A stretch of 64,000 nt of DNA from a virus, in the IMG/VR virus record IMGVR_UViG_3300023082_000001, positions 23,952-87,951 of that record. The stretch is one strand, 5' to 3'. Under the pieces are notes generated by a model, which made no database searches, was not told the origin of the DNA, and worked only from the letters and a program-made list of their open reading frames with translations. This document shows, piece by piece, positions 16,708 through 25,032 of the stretch; the stretch's first letter is position 1, and every line of letters begins with the position of its first letter. A program made the translations under genes and the position numbers.

Positions 16708-18330
16708 ATGGCTAATTTAACTGAGAGTCCTATTTATGAACCGGGGATTTTCCAACTAGAGAAATCTACCCCACCATTGGGTGGTGCTCCAGTTATTGAT
16801 AATGGTGTTCCAAGTGCAGGTCACGCTAACGCTCAAGGGCTTCAGCTGGCTAATCGGACAGCTTATCTGAAGCAAGAAATTGATTCGCTTGATACACGAA
16901 CTGCCGCTGTTGAACAAAGCACAACTGATCTTGATGCGCGTGTTGATTCAGCTGAGGCGGACATTGACAATCTTCAAACAAGAGCTGGTTATGGATCTGT
17001 AAATGTAAAGTCACTTGGTGCAATGGGCTCACCAACAGATGATTCTTCAATATTTCAAGCAGCGGTAGATTCCCTTCCTGCATTGGGTGGTACAATTGAA
17101 GTCCCTCCCGGAACTTACACAATTAATACAAAACCCACAGAGGGAAGTAAGTCTATTCTGTGGCTGATTAGTCCCGGCGCCAGCTTCTCTGGTACGGGAA
17201 CTGGCGAGGGTAAGTTTCCTTATATGTTGAGCAACCCTGCTCAGATGGCAGTGGGGCCTTACATTCGATCACACTCAGCATTAGCCTCCACTAATAGTAA
17301 CGGTGGCATCGCAGCTCTTAATGCCGAAATGATCCAACCTAGCTCTTATTCTGGACAAAGCGTTGCGGCTTATTTTGGTGCTATCGGTTCAAGCCCTCAA
17401 ACAACTGCAAATGTTTGGGCAATGAACACACTTGTTAGAGCAGAGTCAGGCGCTGCTGGCACATATCAGTGTATTGAAGTTGACGTAGATAATTTTGCAT
17501 CAAGCGCTCTTGTAAAAGGTATTAGTATTTCAGGAGCTGGTACTGTTAGCCCCAAGGTAGCTCTGGAAATTGTAAGAGCTAACAACACACCTTGGCTTTA
17601 TGGTATAGACGCCCTTAACTGTGTAACGGGCGTCAGAGTTAGGGCTTCGACACAAACAACGTGTGGTGTGATTGTGGGAGCACCAGCAGTTAATACAGGT
17701 GTTGTTTTCACTGGTCAACAACTGGCTAATGCTGGGGAAGGTCTGATGTTGCAGAGGTTTACTAACACCTCCCCAACTGGTAACTTTATTCGTTGTGTAA
17801 ATGCTGATAATACAGCAAGTCTGTTCACTGTAGGTATAAACGGGGATTTAGTGGCGGCTTCGATTGTTTCAGGGGCTATTGTAAGGGTTGGTTCACCAAC
17901 GCAAACGACTAGTGCTGCAATTTCGTCAAAACAACTTGCTAATAACCAAGACAACATTGTACTTCAGCGTTTTACTGACACATCCCCTACAGGTAGTTTT
18001 CTAAGGGGTGTTAACGCTGCAAACAGTGCTGTTCTGTTTACCCTCGGTGTAGACGGAGGATTTAGCACCGTGGCATCTATTTCAGCAAACACTGGTATTA
18101 CAACTTCTACAGGAAACATTACAGCATCATCTGGTTATGTTCGTGGTAGTGTGCTAGAGGCAACAGGGCCAGTAACTGCTTCAGCCGCAGGGTCCATCAG
18201 ATTTTCTGCTAGTACAGCAACAACTGTTGGAGCAGCAGGTGGTGCATCTGCTTTACCGGCAACTCCTGTCAAATATCTGGTTGTCAATCAGGACGGGGTT
18301 AACTATAAAATACCTCTGTACACGGCATAA
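16708..18330 (+). CDS. Tailspike/tail fibre 1 (beta-helix receptor-binding protein)
   Basis: N-terminal anchor NAQ..QLANRTAYLK, a coiled coil, then NVKSLGAMG...DDS..FQAAVD...GGTIEVPPGTY (beta-helix start), duplicated C-terminal modules, and a final YKIPLY. Confidence 0.8.
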   Translation: MANLTESPIYEPGIFQLEKSTPPLGGAPVIDNGVPSAGHANAQGLQLANRTAYLKQEIDSLDTRTAAVEQSTTDLDARVDSAEADIDNLQTRAGYGSVNVKSLGAMGSPTDDSSIFQAAVDSLPALGGTIEVPPGTYTINTKPTEGSKSILWLISPGASFSGTGTGEGKFPYMLSNPAQMAVGPYIRSHSALASTNSNGGIAALNAEMIQPSSYSGQSVAAYFGAIGSSPQTTANVWAMNTLVRAESGAAGTYQCIEVDVDNFASSALVKGISISGAGTVSPKVALEIVRANNTPWLYGIDALNCVTGVRVRASTQTTCGVIVGAPAVNTGVVFTGQQLANAGEGLMLQRFTNTSPTGNFIRCVNADNTASLFTVGINGDLVAASIVSGAIVRVGSPTQTTSAAISSKQLANNQDNIVLQRFTDTSPTGSFLRGVNAANSAVLFTLGVDGGFSTVASISANTGITTSTGNITASSGYVRGSVLEATGPVTASAAGSIRFSASTATTVGAAGGASALPATPVKYLVVNQDGVNYKIPLYTA

Positions 18331-18338
18331 GGAATAAT

Positions 18339-18494
18339 ATGATTTACACTATTAAATTTGATGAACAGCAACTCTCAATTTTAAATGAAGCTATTATAAA
18401 TCTTCCTTATAAAATTGCTGTATCTATTATTGAACACATCAATAGAGAGATTTCTGAAAATCAACTTGATGCTCAGGCTAAGGTTAAAGAGTAG
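18339..18494 (+). CDS. Small tail fibre assembly chaperone-like protein (51 aa, below ORF-track cutoff)
   Basis: SD AAGGA; MIYTIKFDEQQLSILNEAIINLPYKIAVSIIEHINREISENQLDAQAKVKE; sits between the two fibre genes. Confidence 0.6.
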   Translation: MIYTIKFDEQQLSILNEAIINLPYKIAVSIIEHINREISENQLDAQAKVKE

Positions 18495-18500
18495 TCAATT

Positions 18501-19325
18501 ATGCCTAACATAACAAAACCCAATGATATAAACAACGTATGGGCAGCTACGGGTGATATTGTTGCCCCTGCTGCTGATTATGTTGCCAATGGATGGGAAG
18601 CTATCATCCCCCCTCGTGAGTATTTCAACTGGCTTGATAATCGTCAAGATAGATTCAATGCTCATGTAAATCAACATGGTATTCCTGTATGGGATTCTAC
18701 AACAGAGTACCAAGGATCACTAAGCTACACTAAAGGTAGTGACGGTAATATTTATCGCGCTGTCACAACCAATAGTAACGTAAACCCTGTAGGGGATACA
18801 ACTGGTGCTTGGACTCTTTTTGGACCTATCATTGCCTCACAAGCTGAAGCAGAGGCTGGTACAGAAAATTCCAAGACAATGACAGCACTTCGTGTTGCTC
18901 AGTCTATTGCAAAGCGTGTAGTTCAAGCCACCACTGCAATCACAGGTATTGCCAAGATTGCCACTGACGCACAAGTGACAGCTGGTACTGATGAAACCAC
19001 TATTGTAACACCCGGTACACTTAATAATGGTAGTGTAAAGAATGTTACAAACATTGGTTATGTTGTGTTCCCAACGTGGCTAGGTGGCCTTACTATTCAA
19101 TGGGGTAATGCTGTTCAGACAGGTACGGGGATTAACGTTACATTTCCTCGTGCATTTAATACGGCTTGCTATGCTGTGGTTGGACAACCTGTTCCCGGCA
19201 CTAACCAAGCTCAAGGGGTTAACCTTACATGTTTTATCCAAGCACGTACTAACTTCTTGGCCTACCTTACACGTAATGATCAATTCATTAATGGTGGGTT
19301 TTATTGGATTGCTATTGGTAGGTAA
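18501..19325 (+). CDS. Tail fibre 2
   Basis: N-terminal W.A.G......GW....PP..YFNW...R and GIP.WD..TEY anchor, TT...GI.KIAT.AQV..GT repeats, C-terminal GGLTIQWG (gp53-like) domain. Confidence 0.8.
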   Translation: MPNITKPNDINNVWAATGDIVAPAADYVANGWEAIIPPREYFNWLDNRQDRFNAHVNQHGIPVWDSTTEYQGSLSYTKGSDGNIYRAVTTNSNVNPVGDTTGAWTLFGPIIASQAEAEAGTENSKTMTALRVAQSIAKRVVQATTAITGIAKIATDAQVTAGTDETTIVTPGTLNNGSVKNVTNIGYVVFPTWLGGLTIQWGNAVQTGTGINVTFPRAFNTACYAVVGQPVPGTNQAQGVNLTCFIQARTNFLAYLTRNDQFINGGFYWIAIGR

Positions 19326-19369
19326 TAAATATTGACACATGGAGGTGTCTACTAATTTTTGGAGGGTGT

Positions 19370-19879
19370 ATGGCAGATAATAGATCTGAAATTACGAAGA
19401 AATTGTTGGCTTACGGATTTACTGCTGCCGTAGCTCTTAGTGGTGGCTACCTAATCGCACCAAACGAAGGTAAAGTTAATGCGACTTACCTTGACCCTAT
19501 CAACATTAAAACGAGTTGTTATGGTCATACAGGCCCAGAGTTGAAGCTTGGTCAAAAGTTTACAGATGCACAATGTCTGGATCAGTTGGCTAAAGATTTG
19601 TCTGAGCATGATAAACAGATGATGAATCTTATCCGTGTACCTATAACTGACTACCAGCATGCAGCCTTCCTGAGCTTTACATATAATGCAGGCGTTGGTA
19701 ATTTTAAAAACTCCACAATGCTTCGTAAGCTCAACTCAAAAGATTATAGGGGTGCCTGTGAACAGCTAACAAATTGGGTATTTGCTCAAGGTAAGAAACT
19801 CAAAGGACTGGTTAACAGGCGTGAACAAGAAATGGCAATGTGTCTTGGAGAAACTAAAATTGAAATTGTCCCTAGTTGA
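19370..19879 (+). CDS. Endolysin, GH24 lysozyme with N-terminal SAR-like segment
   Basis: Catalytic triad spacing E-X8-D-X5-T (NEG..YLD..KT), AFLSFTYNAG and GLVNRR motifs. Ala/Gly-rich weakly hydrophobic N-terminus KKLLAYGFTAAVALSGGYL. Confidence 0.9.
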   Translation: MADNRSEITKKLLAYGFTAAVALSGGYLIAPNEGKVNATYLDPINIKTSCYGHTGPELKLGQKFTDAQCLDQLAKDLSEHDKQMMNLIRVPITDYQHAAFLSFTYNAGVGNFKNSTMLRKLNSKDYRGACEQLTNWVFAQGKKLKGLVNRREQEMAMCLGETKIEIVPS

Positions 19880-20108
19880 AGGGTGGAAGAAGCTCTGGAA
19901 ATCCTATTCAGTAATCTTCAGTCTAGCTAATATTCTGCAAGCGCTCTCTATGACAGGGTTGTCTGTTCTTGGTGTGGTGAACGTCTATTTCGCATTCAAG
20001 CTTGTTATCGGCATGGCTATCTTGTTTGGTGTGCTTGGGTTGGTTGGTAGACTTGTAAAGCAGCCTGTGTTAGTAAAAGATCCCGCTGTTGAGAATACTG
20101 ATGTTTAA
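19860..20108 (+). CDS. Holin (2 TM)
   Basis: TTG start after SD GGAG; LVEGWKKLWKSYSV N-terminus, two hydrophobic segments, basic C-terminus GRLVKQP; overlaps the endolysin stop. Confidence 0.7.
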   Translation: MKLSLVEGWKKLWKSYSVIFSLANILQALSMTGLSVLGVVNVYFAFKLVIGMAILFGVLGLVGRLVKQPVLVKDPAVENTDV

Positions 20109-20523
20109 TTTCTTAGCTTCCCTCTCCTCTACAATCTATCTCTACATCATAGCTGCCTTGTTGGCAATGACAGTGTTATTTGGTGGGCTTTTATACCGAG
20201 AAATCGGTAAAACTTCAGCAGCTGAGTCAGCACTCGACTCTGTTGTTCAAACCAATTCTGACCTTCAAAACCTAATAGAAACACAGGAAAAAAGCTGCGA
20301 ATTGACAGATAAACTCCTTGCTCAATATCAATCTGAAAAGAGTGGTGAGGAAGAAAGTAAAAACGATAAGCTTTCCTCTCTTGATAAGATTCCCTCATCC
20401 ACTACGGTAAAGTCTAATGAAAGCAATGTTGTCAATATTGATGGTAAGTTGCCTTCTGAGCTTATACGGTTGCTCGGAGAGGATAGTGTACAAAACACAG
20501 GAAGTAAACCTGTACACCCCTGA
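20101..20523 (+). CDS. i-spanin 1
   Basis: Single N-terminal TM helix, periplasmic coiled coil with Cys; 3' end overlapped by a lipoprotein ORF. Confidence 0.75.
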   Translation: MFNFLASLSSTIYLYIIAALLAMTVLFGGLLYREIGKTSAAESALDSVVQTNSDLQNLIETQEKSCELTDKLLAQYQSEKSGEEESKNDKLSSLDKIPSSTTVKSNESNVVNIDGKLPSELIRLLGEDSVQNTGSKPVHP

Positions 20524-20695
20524 TAGCTTCCTAGTAGATCCTTGTAAAGTAACTCCTGCTGGAGAAACAGTTAGGACTTTGGCACGAGGGTACATTAGCA
20601 ACACAAGTTGCCTGAAGCAGTATCAATTACTAATTCAAAAGCAAAGGGATTGGAAAAAGTCGCAGATTGACTTACATGAAAAGAAGGATAAGTAG
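20417..20695 (+). CDS. o-spanin 1 (lipoprotein)
   Basis: Lipobox LSLYG-C; Pro/Cys periplasmic part (PDSFLVDPC); overlaps i-spanin 1 in another frame. Confidence 0.8.
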   Translation: MKAMLSILMVSCLLSLYGCSERIVYKTQEVNLYTPDSFLVDPCKVTPAGETVRTLARGYISNTSCLKQYQLLIQKQRDWKKSQIDLHEKKDK

Positions 20696-20697
20696 AT

Positions 20698-21189
20698 ATG
20701 GAACGATTTAAATCTTTCTTTGAGAATGTAGAGTATTGGATGCTGGAAAGGGATCTTCATATTTATGCTGCCATCCTTTCTGTGATAGCAATCAGCATTT
20801 TAGGTTGGATGTTGTACACTGAAGCTGATAAAAATCACAGCCTAAGAAACCACAATATTGAGCTTACAAGTCAATTGCTAGATAAGGAACGTCGCCTGCT
20901 CTTGCTGCAATCTGAAATGGACATGACTAAGGTTAGCGTAATCAATACAGACCCCAAGCCTGTTCAAGAAACTGTTGAGAAAGTAAGCAACAAACTTAAT
21001 GCTAAAATTGAAAAAGTTCAAAATACACTTATCAATTCTAAGTTAGACACTAAAATAATCACAAAGACAGAAACTCAAACCATTGAAAAGCCAGTTCCTG
21101 TAGACTCAGAACTGAAGAATATGATGAAGCAAAGTTTCTGTAACAGCAACCCTCAAGATAAATCTTGTGCCAAGGTAATTAAGAAATGA
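20698..21189 (+). CDS. i-spanin 2 (putative)
   Basis: One TM helix (IYAAILSVIAISILGWML), long coiled coil, C-terminal FC......SC. Confidence 0.6.
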   Translation: MERFKSFFENVEYWMLERDLHIYAAILSVIAISILGWMLYTEADKNHSLRNHNIELTSQLLDKERRLLLLQSEMDMTKVSVINTDPKPVQETVEKVSNKLNAKIEKVQNTLINSKLDTKIITKTETQTIEKPVPVDSELKNMMKQSFCNSNPQDKSCAKVIKK

Positions 21190-21458
21190 GATATATCTTT
21201 TTAGTGATGGCTTGCTTATGTATTACTTCTTGCTCTAATTATCAGAAACCAATTGTAATTCTTCCAACTGATGAAGCTCTGGCTGAGTGTATTATCAGTC
21301 CTCCTCCTGAACTGACAGGCAAAGACGGAAAAGATAAACTTGTTTTAGCTTCTGCGTGGTCATTGCAAACAACCAATCTTGGTAAGTGCAATGAAAAGCT
21401 AAAACGTTTACAGGTTTGGAAAAGAGTTAATCAGGAAAGATTTGGGGAAACAAAATAA
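21186..21458 (+). CDS. o-spanin 2 (lipoprotein)
   Basis: Lipobox CITS-C; LP....L.EC..SPPP...W......L.KCN.KL..L..W, the usual o-spanin pattern. Confidence 0.72.
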   Translation: MRYIFLVMACLCITSCSNYQKPIVILPTDEALAECIISPPPELTGKDGKDKLVLASAWSLQTTNLGKCNEKLKRLQVWKRVNQERFGETK

Positions 21459-21736
21459 TGCCTAATTCAGAGTTAAACGCTCAGCGTGAGAAGAGTTACG
21501 AAACAGTTAAAAGCGCCCTGATTGGCTTGTTATTCATTCTGTGTGGGTGGTGCTACAATAGCATTCAGAAGGTTGAAGAGCGTGTTTACACCATGCAAGC
21601 TACGGCAATGACACAGCAGTCAGCTCAGCAACTTGAGGAAAGAATATCGAGGTCTATTGAAGTTAGATTTGCTGATTTAAGTAACAGACTCGATTTGATC
21701 TTGAAATTGGTCCAAAGTAACAACGATAAAAAATAA
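21458..21736 (+). CDS. Single-TM coiled-coil membrane protein (lysis-associated?)
   Basis: TM ALIGLLFILCGWCY followed by a coiled coil; translationally coupled to o-spanin 2. Confidence 0.55.
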   Translation: MPNSELNAQREKSYETVKSALIGLLFILCGWCYNSIQKVEERVYTMQATAMTQQSAQQLEERISRSIEVRFADLSNRLDLILKLVQSNNDKK

Positions 21737-21771
21737 TCTCCTTATAACAAAATAAGCAGTAGGGGATTCGT

Positions 21772-22314
21772 ATGTTTTTGAAAGTACTAAATGGGTTTTC
21801 CCAAGCCACTATCATAACCCTAGCGCTTGTTTTAATTGTTACGATAACAAACAAGCATTCATCCAATGTGGTGATGGAAGACTACCAGCGACAAGTGAAT
21901 GAAAGGCTTGATGCAGACAGAAGTAAGTTTGAGTCAAAGATAAAAACTGTTGAAGATAGCTTGAATAGATATCAACAAATTAGGGAAGCAAGGGCACAGC
22001 TATTTGGTAAAAGACTTGATGAGCTTTATGATAAGTACAAAAAAGATCCAGCACCAATAGATAATGCTAATATGGCTGTATCTCAAGTACCTTCTCCCGC
22101 ACAGCCAAAAGAATCTTTTACTGATAAAAACTTTACTTACTTGGAAAACAAGTGTAATAGAAGTGATGAAAAGATAGACACTCTGGATAATAAGGTAATG
22201 TCTAGGTTAACAGTGTTAGAACAAAAGATTGAACTGTTGCAACAAGACAAAAAGAATAATAGTAAGGTGATACAGAACAACATTACAACTGTTGGGAATG
22301 TCACAACCAGATAA
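21772..22314 (+). CDS. Signal-anchor coiled-coil membrane protein
   Basis: N-terminal TM followed by two coiled-coil segments; last gene before the terminator. Confidence 0.55.
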   Translation: MFLKVLNGFSQATIITLALVLIVTITNKHSSNVVMEDYQRQVNERLDADRSKFESKIKTVEDSLNRYQQIREARAQLFGKRLDELYDKYKKDPAPIDNANMAVSQVPSPAQPKESFTDKNFTYLENKCNRSDEKIDTLDNKVMSRLTVLEQKIELLQQDKKNNSKVIQNNITTVGNVTTR

Positions 22315-22343
22315 TAAAAATAATAATACAGATACAAGACCTT

Positions 22344-22377
22344 AGCTCCCTTCCTCGCGGTTGGGAGCTTTTTCTTT
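22344..22377. terminator. Terminator at the convergence of late and replication arms
   Basis: AGCTCCC-N12-GGGAGCT-TTTTCTTT. Confidence 0.75.
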
Positions 22378-22390
22378 GCCTAAAGGAAAG

Positions 22391-23632
22391 TTATTGTGAA
22401 TACAGCCAATCTTGAAATAGCTTCCTCATACGCTTACTGAGAATACACAGCCTTATTGGTTTACCATCTCGTATCTGTGAACGCCAAATCCATTGGGTAA
22501 GTTCTGAAAGAGCAAACTGATTATTATCTACTTCAGCACCATAATCTTGCAAGAAAGATGAAACACTTACGTGTGGAAATCTATTATATGCATGAACCAT
22601 TACAGACCTGTCACGATAGGCATTGGTAGCCCTACTACTGCACTGTAAGAAACAACCATCAGCAATCATTGTCTCAAGATCAATATCACCACTACCTGCT
22701 CTATATCCACTTGGAGCAACCTTTCTTCCATTCTTACGGTCCGGTTTACTTAATGCAGCTGGCACACACCAGACTAGATCCTTATTCAAAGCTTTGGTAG
22801 AATCTCCAATACCTCTGATAGATTTAGCTAGTTGAGTTAGTTCTTTCTGTGTAGCTTTAGCGTACCAACTAGAAGACAAACTTTCACCAGCCCACTCTCT
22901 AATCTGTTTATCACCTACAAACTCAATCAAAGGTATCAAATCCTCTTTACTTCTTTCTTTTACACTGACTTCAGTAAAATCAACAACAGATACACCTTTA
23001 AGTTTTAAGAAGGAAGAAAGAATACTACCTTTAAAAAGATAAGTGAGAAGAATTACTCTCTCAGCACAAAGAATTAAATCCATAGGTAGTTGAGTAACAA
23101 ACATATCTTCACTGCGTTTAGCTTGATAAATCATACCTAACTTGCACATATTAGCAAGCTTTGAATACTTAGTGCCTTCTTCAATGTTTTCATTTAACCA
23201 TACTACTTTACCATCAGTATCAACACTGATTTGACTAAGGCTTTTTAGATACCTGAAGTCTTCTTTAGTGTAGCCGTCTCCTAGTGGCTCTATAAATGAC
23301 ACTTCTTCATCCAGAATCACAATGTACTTATTCTGCCTGATCCAGCTTAGATGAGGGTCTTTAAGCATAGAATAGAGAGAATGAGTAATGGAGATGTTAA
23401 CACCAGACTGTAACAAATCTAAAAGATGGTCACTCTTGTTATTATGTTCTTCTGTATTAGGTGCAATGAATTTAGCCTCTACACAAGCATCAACTACTCG
23501 TTGTTCACTCTCACTTAGAAGTGGTGTTACATAAAGATAGGATGTATTTGGATTAGCTTCACACCAGTTAAGGATAGAAGTGCTCTTTCCTGATCCCATT
23601 ATCTTATCTAAAAGCTCTATTTTAAGTGTCAT
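22391..23632 (-). CDS. SF2 helicase-like P-loop NTPase of unknown function
   Basis: Walker A DKIMGSGKS, YVTPLLSE (motif Ia), THSL, ILDEE (motif II), C-terminal ALSELTQWIWRS.IR.G. Confidence 0.7.
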   Translation of the reverse strand: MTLKIELLDKIMGSGKSTSILNWCEANPNTSYLYVTPLLSESEQRVVDACVEAKFIAPNTEEHNNKSDHLLDLLQSGVNISITHSLYSMLKDPHLSWIRQNKYIVILDEEVSFIEPLGDGYTKEDFRYLKSLSQISVDTDGKVVWLNENIEEGTKYSKLANMCKLGMIYQAKRSEDMFVTQLPMDLILCAERVILLTYLFKGSILSSFLKLKGVSVVDFTEVSVKERSKEDLIPLIEFVGDKQIREWAGESLSSSWYAKATQKELTQLAKSIRGIGDSTKALNKDLVWCVPAALSKPDRKNGRKVAPSGYRAGSGDIDLETMIADGCFLQCSSRATNAYRDRSVMVHAYNRFPHVSVSSFLQDYGAEVDNNQFALSELTQWIWRSQIRDGKPIRLCILSKRMRKLFQDWLYSQ

Positions 23633-23798
23633 CTTTTCTCCTAAAACTTTGTATTATTAGTAGGTCTTTGTACTAAGGAATACATTAAAAACTATATATA
23701 AAACAATAACTTATGTGACTACTCTCGGAGTGTTATTCCGAGTTAAACACAAACGTCCCAACAAGAATACTCCTATTGGGTGTAGTGTGCAAGCTTTA

Positions 23799-24044
23799 TT
23801 AAAAGTATTTCTTAATATCTTTAATGTCAGGCAGTTCAAGTTCCCACTCCATTTTAGGAAAATAATGGTACGCAGGAAACTTACCACCTCTATGTTCAAT
23901 TTTATTCATAATTGCTGTTAGTAGGTTGTGAAATACAAACTGAAACCCTTCTGTGGTTGGAAGCATATAAATTGTATTACCCTCAATTCTTACTGAAACA
24001 TGTTTGGCTAAAACACTAAATAGATATTTAACATCTCCTTTCAA
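23799..24044 (-). CDS. Hypothetical protein
   Basis: 81 aa ORF coupled to the upstream gene. Confidence 0.5.
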   Translation of the reverse strand: MKGDVKYLFSVLAKHVSVRIEGNTIYMLPTTEGFQFVFHNLLTAIMNKIEHRGGKFPAYHYFPKMEWELELPDIKDIKKYF

Positions 24045-24408
24045 ATCTAATCTTTTCTCCTTCCCACTTATTCAATTGTGCTGATTTCTTTTTAATCTTA
24101 CCACCAGAAAGGTCTTCTAATCCTTTAACAAGATTATTAACATCATTCATTACTGAACTACAAAACCATTCAGTGTACCCGTCACATTGCTCTTCTAAGG
24201 GTTGTCTTTTATCTTCAAACAATCTGTGCAAAAGAAATTCCAAGTCGTAGGCCGCTTGTTCTGAATCAACCTTTTTTATAAGACTTCTTGAGACATCAAT
24301 AATATCACCTCTGCCAACTTCAGCACCACGAGTTTCCCAGCACAAAGCTTTGCCAATTTTCACAAGAGGCTTAGTCTTATGTTGAAAGAAATACACATAA
24401 GACATCAT
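24028..24408 (-). CDS. GIY-YIG/T5orf172-domain protein
   Basis: YVYFFQ....LVKIGKA...ETR, LEFLLHRLF...R, GYTEWF motifs. Confidence 0.7.
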   Translation of the reverse strand: MMSYVYFFQHKTKPLVKIGKALCWETRGAEVGRGDIIDVSRSLIKKVDSEQAAYDLEFLLHRLFEDKRQPLEEQCDGYTEWFCSSVMNDVNNLVKGLEDLSGGKIKKKSAQLNKWEGEKIRFERRC

Positions 24409-24611
24409 TCCATCTCCGTTCTCTTAACTACAACCTCGAAGCTCTTAGGCGCGTACTTTTCCATAACACTCTTCTCATGCTTCTGTTCTGGGTGAGCTTT
24501 TTGCTGAATTATTTTATCAGCCTCAGATGTTAGCCACCAGTACCCTAGAATGCCTACTGTAAGCATAACCATTAAGGTGGCTAAGATGTCGATAATAGGG
24601 TTAGGTTTCAT
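24405..24611 (-). CDS. Small membrane protein
   Basis: One TM helix (ILATLMVMLTVGILGYWWL). Confidence 0.55.
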   Translation of the reverse strand: MKPNPIIDILATLMVMLTVGILGYWWLTSEADKIIQQKAHPEQKHEKSVMEKYAPKSFEVVVKRTEME

Positions 24612-24614
24612 TTA

Positions 24615-24791
24615 TCAATCCTTCCTGTATTCAACACAGAGTAGCCAACCACGCCACCGACCTTCAACCCATTCAAGTTCATAAGTACCATCTTTATGAC
24701 GACCAAGGAACTGACGGTATTGAATAACCCCTTCAAATTTCTTACGTTCAACTTCCACATCAAATGGGACGTAATACAGAACTTTTTCCAT
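24615..24791 (-). CDS. Hypothetical protein
   Basis: Start reassigned to ATG 24791 after SD AAGGAG. Confidence 0.5.
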   Translation of the reverse strand: MEKVLYYVPFDVEVERKKFEGVIQYRQFLGRHKDGTYELEWVEGRWRGWLLCVEYRKD

Positions 24792-25000
24792 ATCAATTCT
24801 CCTTAATTCCAACAATATTAACACTATCAAAATCAGAAAGAAAGCCTAATTTTGAAATAAAATATCCTGTAGGACGGCTCCATAGTAATAGGATAGAGTC
24901 GCCTGTTAGGGGCTGGGATGAGTATGGTGTGAATGTGGATATTGGGTGCATTGTGTTCTCCAAAAAGAAAGCCCAAGGGACATCTCTGTCCGATGAGCTA

Positions 25001-25029
25001 ATGGTAGTTTATTTTGGTTTGATGGTCAA
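25001..25029 (-). promoter_or_regulatory. sigma70-type promoter overlapping a terminator hairpin
   Basis: TTGACC-17-TACCAT; hairpin (24970-24999) plus T tract begins 1 nt after the -10. Confidence 0.65.
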
Positions 25030-25032
25030 GAA

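Noticed and set aside
19334-19360. TTGACA and GACAC-N6-GTGTC hairpin upstream of the endolysin
   Set aside because: No acceptable -10 at 16-18 bp and only a 5-bp stem; cannot be supported as promoter or regulator.
23711-23921. Overlapping short ORFs on both strands upstream of the helicase-like gene
   Set aside because: No SD, mutually overlapping, and partly inside 23799-24044; treated as chance ORFs in AT-rich DNA.
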